From Perkinsela sp. CCAP 1560/9 (taxonomy: Eukaryota; Protista; Euglenozoa: Kinetoplastea), in contig CBFFSA010000014.1 in assembly GCA_965644495.1 (NCBI GenBank), forward strand, positions 186,001 to 250,000: 64,000 bases of DNA, in the 5' to 3' direction. The notes below the pieces were generated by a model. It was not told the DNA's origin, made no database searches, and worked only from the letters and a program-made list of their open reading frames with translations. Shown piece by piece: positions 1 to 11,189 of this stretch (within the stretch, counting starts at the first letter, position 1; every line of letters begins with the position of its first letter). Made by a program: the position numbers and the translations under genes.

Positions 1-1486
1 CAATAGTTGTATCGCGAAGTGGAAAAATCTCGAACATTTTTGAATAATAAGGTGCCGAATCCCGGTGGCACTAGCAGGAGTAAAGTACGTTTGTAACAGG
101 ACTGAAGCGATTGCGTAACACGTACTTGGCAAGACAAGCGCATGGTAAAAAAGTTTCAACGAAACGGTGAAGAAACACGTGTAAATTTATGCATGAAAGT
201 GATACGTGATGTGTGCATGCATATTCACCCAAAACTCAGCCCTGTTTTAAAACGGTTTTAGACAGTTCTAAAAGTCTTAAAAAATGTTTAAGGTGTATAA
301 GTTTATACACCTTCTTGGCGTTCAGAATTTTGAAATGCACACATTAACATTACTTTTAGTAAATTTTTCAAGGAGTTTTCTTTTCAGAAAAAAATTTAGC
401 ATAAACATTTTTTGATGAATGCAGTCGAAAGCATTCTTTTGATTTATGCGAAGCGTTCTTTTGATTTATGTACACACATACTGTACCCCCGTAGTTAGCA
501 CACACGTCACCCCCCCTAGTTATCTGTGACTTTTTAAAAATAGTAGTTTTAATAATTAAAGTTAAATAGTATAGAGTAAAGCAATTGCAAGAAAAAGAAC
601 TCTTTTTCACGTTTTCTGACCCTTTTGAAAAATCATGGATCACGCAGAAGGAGAGGAAGATCTAAAAGAGTGTCTCAAGCTTGTTGAACCTGTTCCGGTA
701 TCTCACGGAGATTTGTTTGACATCTTTGCAGCTTCGACGAAACGAGTATACGTGAAGCGCAAAGATGTATTTACTAGACCTTGTTTGACGATCAGTGAGG
801 AAGAATTAAATTCCAAAATTGAGGGCATTACGGATCGTGTGGGGCGATCCTTAGACACTTTTCTGCACGGGAAACGAATCCTGTGTGGCGTGTCCGTGAC
901 GCCAAAAAAGAGCGAAAAGCGCTACACCTCATCGATCGTCGTGGTCATCTTATTCTAGATGAACGTCCTCGAGCCGTGTACTTTCTCGTGGAAGCAGCTC
1001 AGGACCTTGAAAAACATCTTTCAGAGAATCCTCTGTACGCCCCAGTTCGAGCAAGTGAGGTTCAAGACTTCGTTCTGAGCTTTTGGCGCACATACACGGG
1101 AAATCGCTCTCTCGCATGCGCACAATGGCGAAAGAGTCGTTCTAGTGGCGTTGCGGAAAGTGAGTGTGCTCAGCAGGACGAAGACGCTCCCCAATCCTCC
1201 CCAGTAGCTCCATCCCGTAAACGTCGTAATATTGTGTTCCCGTGTGGGATGCTAATCCCCAAGTGGGACGTACTATAAAACGTAGTCGAGTTTTTTTCTG
1301 TAAAACATGATAAAAAACGTTTACAAATGCCCCATTTATAAATATATTTTCGCAGGATTACGTTGAGATGTACTTTTAATGTGAAGACATTACAACCTAT
1401 CATGTAAGCAAGTAAACATAATGTTGGATAAACACGTACATTTCAAATAATCCTAGCCGTAAATTTCAAAGCAAAATTATCGCACT

Positions 1487-2257
1487 ATGACTGATCTGCC
1501 CTCTCTGCTTTCGCTCTCTCGCCTCGGAAAGTTCGTAGCTGAGTGTAAGGCCGGGGACATAATAGCGGTGGCCTGGTCCTCAGATAAGGTTCCCCGCGGA
1601 GAATTGTGGAAAGGGACAGTGAAAACGGTCGGAGACGAGAAGACTACCATGTCCGTAGATTATGGGAAATTCGGAGATCTCGCTTTCCCCCTACCAACGC
1701 AAGTGTCCACGCTGTTGACAAGCTTCCCGGAGATTCGTACTCCGCTGCGATGGAGAGAGTGGGAGGGCGCGAGACGGGCACATTTGAACCGTTGGAACTG
1801 ACGACCTATGGGATGTTCCTTGATTGCCCCCCCCGAAGCGCGTGATCGAAGTTTTGTGGAGCTAGATTTGCATCTGCGCCGCTATTTTGGTATCGGTGCA
1901 GCGGAACGGAATGCCCCGCGGTTCCATCAAGACGAACATAGAAAAAATGATCTCCTACTGGCTTTCCTCGCGTGGTCGCGAAATTCTATGAAAATGGGGA
2001 TAATGTGGAAATCGGATTCGAATCTCGCTGTTGGGGATAATATACTGGCAGCTCTCATGGCCTACAAGATACGTGCTCAACGAGGAGATTGCAGAGTGTT
2101 TGCGCAGGCCCTGGAGGAAGCGAAACTCACAGGCGGACTACGCGGTCACTTGGTGGCTGCCATGACAAAAGCAATGGCGAAAAAATCGGACCCAAAAAAC
2201 GACAGCTCAGGGCGACCCGCCGGCCCGAGTTACAAACCGCGCGAAAAGAAATTCTGA
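1487..2257 (+). pseudogene. Frameshifted ORF with a Tudor-like N-terminus, probably a mobile-element ORF1 relic
   Basis: Overlapping ORFs 1487-1801, 1606-1845 and 1808-2257. GDIIAVAW...WKGTVKTV...SVDYGKFGD resembles a Tudor barrel. Lies directly upstream of RT fragments, opposite to the host gene strand. Confidence 0.35.
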
Positions 2258-2375
2258 CTAGAGGATTTCTCGAGGGGGACTATACAATATACGATACCTC
2301 AGTTTACCCCTCAATAAGGTGGCTACCCGCCACTCGGACTTGTACTCGGTCTTCTCGGGGAGCCGGATGCAACAT

Positions 2376-2600
2376 GCTCCGGGGGGTTAAAACTTCTGGG
2401 GGCGTATATAGGCGCCACGGAAGTAGTTGAAGAGGAATGGGTCCTCTCTAAGGTCCCTAAAGTCACAAATTTCTTGAGTAAACTGAAGGACTTGCCCAGA
2501 CAGTGTGCCTTCCTCTTCTACGCCTATGAGGGAGCCCCCGGTGGAACTACATAGTTCGTACGCATGAACCGGAGGCAGACCGAACGCCTCAAAAGGCGCA
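2376..2600 (+). mobile_element. CRE/SLACS-type RT fragment, same family as the element at 32390-38989
   Basis: Reads GVKLLGAYIGATEVVEEEWVLSKVPKVTNFLSKLKDLPRQC, near-identical to the RT ORF at ~35.3-35.4 kb. Confidence 0.85.
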
Positions 2601-2649
2601 CTCACGAAGAAATGGCGGGGGCCAGGGAGATGAAAAAAAAAGCGCTAAC

Positions 2650-3270
2650 ACGCGAGCATTTCCCCACGCTTACTCCTTACGTCGAATGGTGCTACACATC
2701 GGAAAGTAAGCTTACCTTTTGGAACACGCGTCATTAAATCTCGTGAGGGTGTCCAGCAAGGATCTCGTGAGGGTGTCCACCCATTGGGCCCTCTTCTTTT
2801 CTCGTTGGTCATGAGGGAAGTCGCCTCAGTAATTCACGCAGCAGCCGCCAAATTAGACCTAAACCTCTGGTACCTGGATGATGGCATTTTGGCTGGCACT
2901 TCCTGTGATGTGCGACACGCGTTCGACGTTATCGAAAAGAAGGGTCCACAATGGGGCCTACACCTCAACGCTGCCAAATGTGAGATTATTACCCACCCAG
3001 CATCTTCTCATCGTTCTTCTGTTTTTCCCGATCTCCCTGGCCCTAACAAAAACCTCGAAGGCAATTTTTACTTTCTCGGAATCCCCGTTGGATCGCCAGA
3101 GTTTTGCCGTGAATATCTCGTCAACAAAGCGGTCGAAATGGCAGAAGATTCTCTGGACGCTATAACGCACCTCAAAGACCCCCAGGTTGCCTTATCCCTC
3201 ATTCGTCACTGCATTGGCTTCTGCCAGATGTTTACTCCCTACGAACAACCCCAACATCTGAACTTCGGGA
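2650..3270 (+). mobile_element. Second non-LTR (CRE-like) reverse transcriptase fragment
   Basis: Motifs GVQQG, GPLLFSL, WYLDDG, GLHLNAAKCE and FLGIP. An 18-bp duplication (atctcgtgagggtgtcca, ~2738 and ~2762) disrupts the QGD motif. Confidence 0.85.
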
Positions 3271-3436
3271 TCTCTGTCGGCGCGGTAGACATAGCTGTAA
3301 AATTATTAATATTTTTTTTGTTGAATAATAATTATTATTAAGAATTATTAATAGGGTCTTAGTAGGCAGATAGGGCATAAAAATACGATCGTCAGAATAG
3401 TTTACTCCCTCACATCCTTCTTTCTAATTCCGCTTC

Positions 3437-3709
3437 ATGCCAAGGAAGAATCCTGAAGGGGATCAACTCAGAAAACTTCGGTTCTTGAGAGACCCCAGAA
3501 ATGACGTTTTCTGGCTATGTATAAAGTGCAAGAATGAAGGCCAACTTTTTGGACACAAGCGCATAAAAATATCTGCGGAGAACTCCCACTCGGTCCTCAT
3601 TGAACACGTGAAGTCTGCCCACAGTAACTCGAGAGAAATTATCACCACCGATGCGCATCTGCAAGAGATTGAGACATTCCGGGTAAACGTGGCGCAAACA
3701 CATGTATGA
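3437..3709 (+). pseudogene. BED-like C2H2 zinc-finger fragment, possibly a transposase N-terminus
   Basis: CIKC...LIEHVKSAH spacing; short ORF inside a transposon island. Confidence 0.4.
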
Positions 3710-4811
3710 CTTAATGCTGGCTACAGTTTGAGTACAGGTGTCCCAATATTTTTTAATAAAAGCAGTCGAAATGTATCCTAAAAAAATAGATACTGGCCCC
3801 CCCCGTTTAAGCGCACCTCGTTTTCCGTGAAAAGTGCGCTTAAACGGGGGGTTTAAATCAGTACATAAAAAATACTTTTTGCTTGAAGGGACCTAAGGGG
3901 GTTAACATATCACTTTCTCGTTCAAAATTCTGAGAGCTGCACGTTCCCTTCATTTTTAGATGATTTAAAAAAAGAATACAAAAAATTATTTTTTGCATCT
4001 TCATACCATACAATTTTGAGCAAACAAACACTCCGCGGCCAGGGGGCACAAGTGGATCAATATTAATAAAGAGCGGCAAAGCTATTTTCTAGGATGACGA
4101 GATCTCTCGTTTGCAACGAAAATCAGAAACAACAGATAAAAATAATTGAATTTCTCATGGGAGGAGAGGATTTGATTGCTTGAAATGTGAGAAATTGGTC
4201 TCTTGAAAAATGTGAAGAAAGTGATACTCCGTCTATTGGATGCAGGCATTTGAGAGTTTTGTTTCCATGCTTTAACGCGCAAGGTCCTTGTGCTAGGATC
4301 TGCGAAATGCAACAAAAATGAGCTCAAACGGACACTTGGCTGAAAAGTTAGACGGGGGTGACTTTTCGCTGTGGGGGGTTATAAATTAGAACAAAAAAGA
4401 AAATTTATAGTTATATTTATAGAAATTATTAACAGGGTTCGAATTAACGAGAATGGTTACGCAAAAAGTCCTGATTAATGATTCTGCCTGATGGAAAAAC
4501 GCTATAATTCTGCGATAAGCTACCTCGGAACGTGAGATCCAAGGCCCTTGTCGGAAGTGAGGGTCAAATATTTCTGCGGTGTTCTCCCCTCTATCCTAGC
4601 TTTTCCTGTTTTTTTCTTCAAAAACATAATTTTTTTTCTGAAAAATTAGGAATGGCATTTATAGAAATTAATGAGGAGTATTAAAAGTGAGAAGAGGGCT
4701 CGTTTTACAAGGTTACCAGTGAACATCCCAGCCTCCCTCGGAAAATTTATAGAAAATTCATGTGGAAAATCGTTTAATAGTTTTTTAATGGCAAACAGGT
4801 GGGGTAGTATG

Positions 4812-5435
4812 CTAAAAGTCCAATCGAATCGTTTCCCCCAATATTTGACTTAGTTCATCATTTAGTCTTTTCAAAAGGCTGTGCCCGTTGCGGCTGCAAG
4901 CAGTACAAATTTTTTCATTGTTTTCTTGTTCTATATTGTAGTGAAAAGGACCGCTAAGAGGAGAAGACAACCAAAGCTGTCGATTTGGAGCCTGCTTGTT
5001 TAGCACGTATTTCCCTCTTGAGGTGTCAATGGAAAGGACTCCGCCCTCAAGGTTAACTTCCGTAATTTCATCAGGATAACGTTCCGACAACTCTTCTAAC
5101 TGCTCAGAAATCGCTTCAAGCACTTTCTCCACAGCTGCGTTGTACGCAACATCTGTGTATGCTGACATCCCGACGTCTCCGGTGGATGATGCAGAATTTA
5201 AAAATGGCGTTCTCGAGTAGTATCGCGCGAGTAAAAAAAATTGTGGTCCCACTACTCTCGCTAACGGACTAAATGGATGCAAATTAAATTTGTAAGGTGT
5301 CGATGAAGTGTAAGGTGTCGAAGTTGAAAATACTGTGCATTGACTCCAGCAAATATTTTTACGCGTTACATTCCGATACCTACTCAGGCGATGCATATAA
5401 AATACAGTAGTATATATCTGCAAGTGTAAATACAA
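4812..5435 (-). CDS. FXN: Frataxin (CyaY family) with mitochondrial-type presequence
   Basis: Motifs EGGVLSI...GKYVLNKQAPNRQLWLSSPLSGPFHY. True start is probably a downstream ATG. Confidence 0.95.
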   Translation of the reverse strand: MYLHLQIYTTVFYMHRLSRYRNVTRKNICWSQCTVFSTSTPYTSSTPYKFNLHPFSPLARVVGPQFFLLARYYSRTPFLNSASSTGDVGMSAYTDVAYNAAVEKVLEAISEQLEELSERYPDEITEVNLEGGVLSIDTSRGKYVLNKQAPNRQLWLSSPLSGPFHYNIEQENNEKICTACSRNGHSLLKRLNDELSQILGETIRLDF

Positions 5436-5672
5436 CTATTCTAATTTTTGCTAGGTAACCTACGGTTTATGTCAGCGAACTTAAAAGAGGGGCTGTGAGA
5501 GAGTCAAAACAACCATAAGATCGCACCGTCCTATTTGATAAATTATTTAGACTAATACGATGTATTTAGTTTAGGCCATTACAATGAAGAATTCATACAG
5601 AACACAATTTCCCGTAAGTTCACTCTACAGTTGTAGACGCAAAACGCTGTGTAAAAGTGAAATTGTATGTGC

Positions 5673-8663
5673 TCATTTGCAGCTCCTAAAAAACTTGCCC
5701 GCATATTCCGTCGCCTTTTCTCTGACACTTTGTGCATCACCCTGGAATCCTCCCTGGGCGCAGCTCTCCTTACCCCCGCCTTTCCCAACGGAAGCCTTTA
5801 CCCAAGCGACAGCCGAAGCCTCTGATGATGTCACCTCGCCACCTGAACTTTGCCCTGTAGAATACCCCGGACGTACTTGAGTCACCACAAGGCCGCATTT
5901 TTTGCTGAAATCATACCCCACAGCGAATACGCCACACAAACGAGAATTCGAGGAGAGAAGTACGCTGGTGGCACGTTGCACCAAATCTCTTGAGGGAGGG
6001 AGCTCCGTGCAAGGCCCCAAAATTGTCCATTGGGTGTCTGACGAAAGCGATGTTGCATGTCGCTGTGCCAGTTCCTCTACTATCACGAGTCGCGCAGCCT
6101 CATGCTTACGTTTCAATCCGTTCGCGAGGTTAATTTGCGCATCCATACCTTCACGTAGTTTGTGCTTCACCAGTAACGGAGAAGTAGAGGCATTCACCGT
6201 GTCTCTTAGTTTGCTCAACGCCTTGACGGTGTCGTCCAGCTCCCCTGTAGAAATCCTTGTAATGTCATCGGCAAGACATTGGAGATGGGCGCTCCTCTCC
6301 CGTAGTTCGTCCTCGAACCGGACGCCAAGTGCAATGGACTCCACCGCCTGATCGCCACTGACGGCGACGATCCGGCGGATTCCTCGCATCAACGCGTCCT
6401 CGGAGAGAAGTACGAAGCTCCCTACCTCGCTGAGCGAGCGGAGATGGGTGCCGCCGCAGAGCTCAATGCTATACGGAAGAAGATAATCTGCGTCGCTGAC
6501 GTGCTCCAGAACCTCCTCCACGGGGATTCCAATGGTTACTACCTTCACGATATCGCCGTATTTCTCGTCAAAAGCACTTCGGAGGGAGGGTATACCCTGG
6601 GCCACGGCCAGGGGGAGTTCTCTGGTATGTACCCTTAGGTCTTGCGCCACGGACGAACACAGCCGGTTCTCCACTTCGCGCAGCTCCTCGAGCTCGAGTT
6701 TCCTGCCCCAGGAGAAGTCAAAGCGGAGAGCGTCTTCGCCGACGTAGCTCCCACGCTGGTGCACTTCCCCAGACTCCGGATGTTGCAGCTGGAGCACTGC
6801 GCGTAGCGCGTGGTTAAGTTGGTGCGTCATTGTGTGGTTGGCTGCGACCCGGTGTCGACGAACTAAATCCACCTCCGTTGTGATGGTCTCCCCCACAGTA
6901 AGCGAACCGCTGTCAGAGGACGAGAAACCCCCGACGTGACATACATATCCACCCTGGTTGGACACTTTGGTTACGACAAACCCAGGCGTGAGGGTTCCGG
7001 TGTCGTAGATCTGCCCCCCTGCCTCGGCGTAGAAATTGGTGCGGTCCAGTAACACGGCAAACTCTTCTGTGGAGCCCGTGATGTGCTGGACGAGTGTTCG
7101 GGACGATGTGGAGACAATCGCAACGACAGTCGCCTCCAGGCTTCGCCCCCAGTCATACTTTGCCTCGTCCTTCGTTGCCGGAACGCCTTCTCGCCGGAGG
7201 GTATCCAGTGTGGTGGGGTCCAGCACCGCGAATCCCGCCTTTGCTTTCTCCCCGGCTTCTTTTTTGTGCCGTTCCATAGCGTGATAAAACCCGCTCTCAT
7301 CGAGCGACAGTCCCCGGGCATCGGCCATAAGTTTGGTGAGGTCCATAGGAAACCCGTACCGGTCATGCAGAATAAACGCCTCCACCCCCGGGACTACCCC
7401 CGTGTCGACACATCGCTGTGCGAGAGCATCAAAATGCCTCATCCCGGTTGTGTAGGTTCGCGCAAACGCGGTCTCCTCCTCCCTCAACACTGCGGCAACT
7501 TTGGCCAACGTTTTTCCACAGTTCAGCTCGGGGAACGCCGGCCCCAGGGTTTTCTGCACCCCTGCGACGAGCTCGGAGAGAAACCCCTCCCGGGCCCCGA
7601 GGAACTCATGCCCGAATCGTATGGCACGGCGCACAATACGACGCAGGACGAACCCGCGACCGCAGTTATCTGGCAGAGCCCCATCGGTGATCGCGCAGGT
7701 GAGCGTACGGATGTGATCCGCGACGACGCGATAGGCCATCGCGTGTTCCGCTTTCTCTGTGTTGGATAGATTGATATTCTCGGCGTCCTCGGTGGTACAC
7801 AGGACTTTGTAGGGGTGGGGGTAAGCCGTGACATGTTGGATATGCTCAAACAGCGGCGTCCAGAGATCGGTGTCGTAGTTACTGGGGACATGCTGCAGCA
7901 CCGAGAGCAGACGCTCCAGGCCCATGCCGGTGTCGACGTGGGTGGTGGGGAGTGGGGTGATGGCACCTCCCGGGAGGCGTTCGTACTGCATAAAGACCAG
8001 ATTCCAGAGCTCAATAACGTTCGGGTCGTCTTGGTTGACCAGATCTGAGGCGTCACGATCGCCGAGACGGTCATAGTGGATTTCTGTACAGGGACCACAG
8101 GGTCCGGTCTCACCCATCTCCCAAAAGTTATCTTTAAGGTTTCCAGGGAGGATACGTTCCGGAGGGAAATACATTTCCCAGGCCTCTTTTGTTTCCACAT
8201 CGCATGGCAGCCCCTCGGACTGGCATCCCTCAAAGTACGTCACGTAGAGTCGATCAGGGGGAATATCATAGACTTGGGTGAGCAGGAGCCAGGCTCGGTG
8301 GATAGCCTCGCGCTTGAAATACGTGGAGTCCCCGAAGGACCAGTTTCCGAGCATCTCGAAAAAGGTATGGTGATAAGTGTCACGGCCGACGTCCTCCAAG
8401 TCATTGTGTTTGCCACCCGCTCGGATGCATTTCTGGCTGTTCGTCGCGCGTCGGAGTTTTCCAAACTCCGTGTTCGGGTCGGCGGCTCCCAGGAAGATAC
8501 TTTTAAATTGATTCATACCAGCGTTAGTGAAGAGAAGTGTCTTGTCGCTCTCTGGTACTACTCTAGAGGAGGGCACAAAGCGATGATCACACTGGTTAAC
8601 GAAATAATCAATGAACGCGCGGCGTGTTTTCTCCGCGGGCCATTTAAGTTTTGATTCACTCAT
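5673..8663 (-). CDS. AARS: Alanyl-tRNA synthetase
   Basis: Motifs LLFTNAGMNQFK, HHTFFEMLGNWSFG, DTGMGLERL; editing motifs NHTMTHQL and ELCGGTH; C-terminal GKGGG. First ATG at 8663. Confidence 0.98.
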   Translation of the reverse strand: MSESKLKWPAEKTRRAFIDYFVNQCDHRFVPSSRVVPESDKTLLFTNAGMNQFKSIFLGAADPNTEFGKLRRATNSQKCIRAGGKHNDLEDVGRDTYHHTFFEMLGNWSFGDSTYFKREAIHRAWLLLTQVYDIPPDRLYVTYFEGCQSEGLPCDVETKEAWEMYFPPERILPGNLKDNFWEMGETGPCGPCTEIHYDRLGDRDASDLVNQDDPNVIELWNLVFMQYERLPGGAITPLPTTHVDTGMGLERLLSVLQHVPSNYDTDLWTPLFEHIQHVTAYPHPYKVLCTTEDAENINLSNTEKAEHAMAYRVVADHIRTLTCAITDGALPDNCGRGFVLRRIVRRAIRFGHEFLGAREGFLSELVAGVQKTLGPAFPELNCGKTLAKVAAVLREEETAFARTYTTGMRHFDALAQRCVDTGVVPGVEAFILHDRYGFPMDLTKLMADARGLSLDESGFYHAMERHKKEAGEKAKAGFAVLDPTTLDTLRREGVPATKDEAKYDWGRSLEATVVAIVSTSSRTLVQHITGSTEEFAVLLDRTNFYAEAGGQIYDTGTLTPGFVVTKVSNQGGYVCHVGGFSSSDSGSLTVGETITTEVDLVRRHRVAANHTMTHQLNHALRAVLQLQHPESGEVHQRGSYVGEDALRFDFSWGRKLELEELREVENRLCSSVAQDLRVHTRELPLAVAQGIPSLRSAFDEKYGDIVKVVTIGIPVEEVLEHVSDADYLLPYSIELCGGTHLRSLSEVGSFVLLSEDALMRGIRRIVAVSGDQAVESIALGVRFEDELRERSAHLQCLADDITRISTGELDDTVKALSKLRDTVNASTSPLLVKHKLREGMDAQINLANGLKRKHEAARLVIVEELAQRHATSLSSDTQWTILGPCTELPPSRDLVQRATSVLLSSNSRLCGVFAVGYDFSKKCGLVVTQVRPGYSTGQSSGGEVTSSEASAVAWVKASVGKGGGKESCAQGGFQGDAQSVREKATEYAGKFFRSCK

Positions 8664-8962
8664 GTGGGTAACTACCGAAGCGCGGGTAAACGTTCGGTAC
8701 AACGAATTTAGGTTAGATGACGAAAAACAAAGAAAAGTCAAAGAAAAAAGTTGAAGTGTAAACCGAAGTTGCTTTCATACTGTGTGTAAGAACTATCAAT
8801 TGTGGCTTCATTTTGCCATGGACTCCATATTAAATATGGATAAATATTATTTGTACCAAATACTATTTACTACGAAATACGCCTAAAAAATTGTGCTGGA
8901 TTCAAAAAACCTGTAATTCAAGAAAGTCTGACTTTTTGAATTACAGTAAAACTTTCAAAGTC

Positions 8963-10912
8963 TTACAAAAGTAAATCCTTCAAAGCACATGGAGTAAAAC
9001 CAGAGCGTTTATCATGCACATCTCGCACATGAACACTGTGGCGTATAATGCACACCTCCTTTGTGGTTCCCCAAAAGTAAGTGGTCTTGTCGTACACGGA
9101 TTTGGGTACTTGAGAAAAGGGAATGCCATAGCCCAATGCCAGCATCCGCAAGCACTGCACTATTCGACCTGAGACCAACGCATTGTAAAAGCTTATCGAA
9201 CAAAGTTCCTCGGAAGAAGTATCCGCGGAAGGCGTTTTCATGGACGATTTCGCATTGTCCTCGCAAAGATCACGAATACGGCTGCTAATTTGAGTGAGCG
9301 CATCCTTACTTACTGTACTTTCAAACTTCTCATCCGTAGATGAGGCAAGAGTTTTCTCACGCGCTCGTTTCTGAAATTCGTGTATGACACTGCGTACTGT
9401 TTGAGTTACGATTGGATCCAAGCAGAATTCGTCATTCTGGCAAAATGCTTTTGCAATTTCGGAAAAAAGTGTCCAGAGAATTTTCACATTCGGAAAAGAC
9501 ATTTCGCGTATGAGCACATAGTAAACTGGAAGGAAAACAGATTTCAGATGTAGTATTCGTGTGTTCCGAGGCAGGAAACTGAGGAACTCGACGTAATTCA
9601 GCGCGAGAATATCAAAATTAGAGGACATAGATCCGATCTCCGACTGTAAGACACTGATAAACCATTCTGGATTCTGACTTTGTGTAATAAGACGCTGCAG
9701 CAGCGAGCTTGAAAATTTATAAAGAATGCTACAGGATGCTGGAGCTATATCCTCACCGGAGGAGTCATTGTTGCTGTCGAGGTCATTTTCGATTTGTAGT
9801 TCGGAGAGCTTGGTAAGGGCATTCGGACAGAGGAAGTTCCTTATTGACAAGTATTTCCAGGAAGAATTGTTGAAAACTTTAGGGTGAGATAAAGAGTGGC
9901 ATAAAAAGTCGTACATTTTTTCAGTTATACCGCTGCGGTGCAATTGTTCACAAGTGTCCCCGCTATATGCCAACCAAGGAATTATCATGTGTGCAAGAGA
10001 AAGAGGAGGATATATTGGCAATAAGTCGCACAAATTCGTCGCTTCGGATCTCTCCTTCACTTTTTGATAAATTCTCCACAACTCTGGAATTATGACATGT
10101 TGAAACAGTGCCTGGACATGCCCTCTTGTGAGAAGTCTTTCCCAAAGCCGGAGCTCGTTGGCCGCTTGTTCGGCGGAACGAAACCCGTGCAAAGAAACAT
10201 CCTCAGAGTAGAAATTTTTGGATTTACTTTTCTTGGCACACCTCCCACATAGGAACGCATGGAGATCACAATTTTGTGGTTGAAAAAAATTGTGAAGTGC
10301 TTGTCGTAGCCACGGCATAATATGTGAAGCCATTGCACTAGAAATAGAATCCTCGTTGTTGTTCTCTCCCATCAAATTTATAGACGTCGCGAACTCATAT
10401 AGTGCTTGACAAGGTAAGGGCGGGTGAAACAAGCACACGGAACGACCACTGTACTCAACAACAAAGTCAGTTGTCGTGCGGGTGTCTACTATTTTCGCAG
10501 AGCTCGATCGGAGTAAAGCCGGCTTCCAGGAAAGTTCGAGTACACGGGACAAAAGCACGCATGCCACATCGCGATAACTTAATTCCCCACCCGATAGCGG
10601 ATACCTTTCTCTTACTCTGGTGAGAGCTAGGGCTACCGTCCTCAAAATGTTTCCACAGTTTGATTCCACCTCGATCCAATAGGTATCAGACACAGGACGC
10701 GTAGCAAGTTTTCCGAGAGACTGGATGACTTGACCGTAGATGGTGTCTGTCGCGTGCAGCGCGGCCCTTAGGCTGAGTAGCGTTGTAACGTCATGCAACA
10801 CTGCTGATTCCCTATCTTCCCGTAGTAGAAAATCACAAAAACTATCCTGAAGGTCTATTTCTTGGGACTCCCTGTCAGGTTGAATTGCTGCAGGATCTTC
10901 TCGCATCGACAT
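8963..10912 (-). CDS. Divergent TFIP11/Ntr1-like spliceosome disassembly factor
   Basis: LFQHVIIPEL...HMIIPWL resembles the GCFC domain. LALGYGIPF...TYFWG...FTPCALKDLL resembles the TFIP11 C-terminal domain. No G-patch visible. Confidence 0.55.
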   Translation of the reverse strand: MSMREDPAAIQPDRESQEIDLQDSFCDFLLREDRESAVLHDVTTLLSLRAALHATDTIYGQVIQSLGKLATRPVSDTYWIEVESNCGNILRTVALALTRVRERYPLSGGELSYRDVACVLLSRVLELSWKPALLRSSSAKIVDTRTTTDFVVEYSGRSVCLFHPPLPCQALYEFATSINLMGENNNEDSISSAMASHIMPWLRQALHNFFQPQNCDLHAFLCGRCAKKSKSKNFYSEDVSLHGFRSAEQAANELRLWERLLTRGHVQALFQHVIIPELWRIYQKVKERSEATNLCDLLPIYPPLSLAHMIIPWLAYSGDTCEQLHRSGITEKMYDFLCHSLSHPKVFNNSSWKYLSIRNFLCPNALTKLSELQIENDLDSNNDSSGEDIAPASCSILYKFSSSLLQRLITQSQNPEWFISVLQSEIGSMSSNFDILALNYVEFLSFLPRNTRILHLKSVFLPVYYVLIREMSFPNVKILWTLFSEIAKAFCQNDEFCLDPIVTQTVRSVIHEFQKRAREKTLASSTDEKFESTVSKDALTQISSRIRDLCEDNAKSSMKTPSADTSSEELCSISFYNALVSGRIVQCLRMLALGYGIPFSQVPKSVYDKTTYFWGTTKEVCIIRHSVHVRDVHDKRSGFTPCALKDLLL

Positions 10913-11189
10913 GCAAGTATCAACCCAATGGCTTGCGAGGGTAGCGCATCAAACCATATGCATGTGTTCAAAAGTTAATTGCAAAAAAAACGGACACCGT
11001 AAAAATATTCGAAATATCAGATGACAGAACGTGTGAAAGCTAAAAATAACGAATGCCAGAAAGTACTGTGACTGATTTTATATCTAAGAGCTCAAAAAAG
11101 GCTCCCCAATTAGTGATTTTTCAAGACACGTATCTTCTTGAAACAGGAACCTAACAAGATGAAATCAACCCAATATGGCTTCCCTTCTC

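Noticed and set aside
635-1278. Host genes on the plus strand
   Set aside because: Short overlapping ORFs in a repeat island with no recognisable motif.
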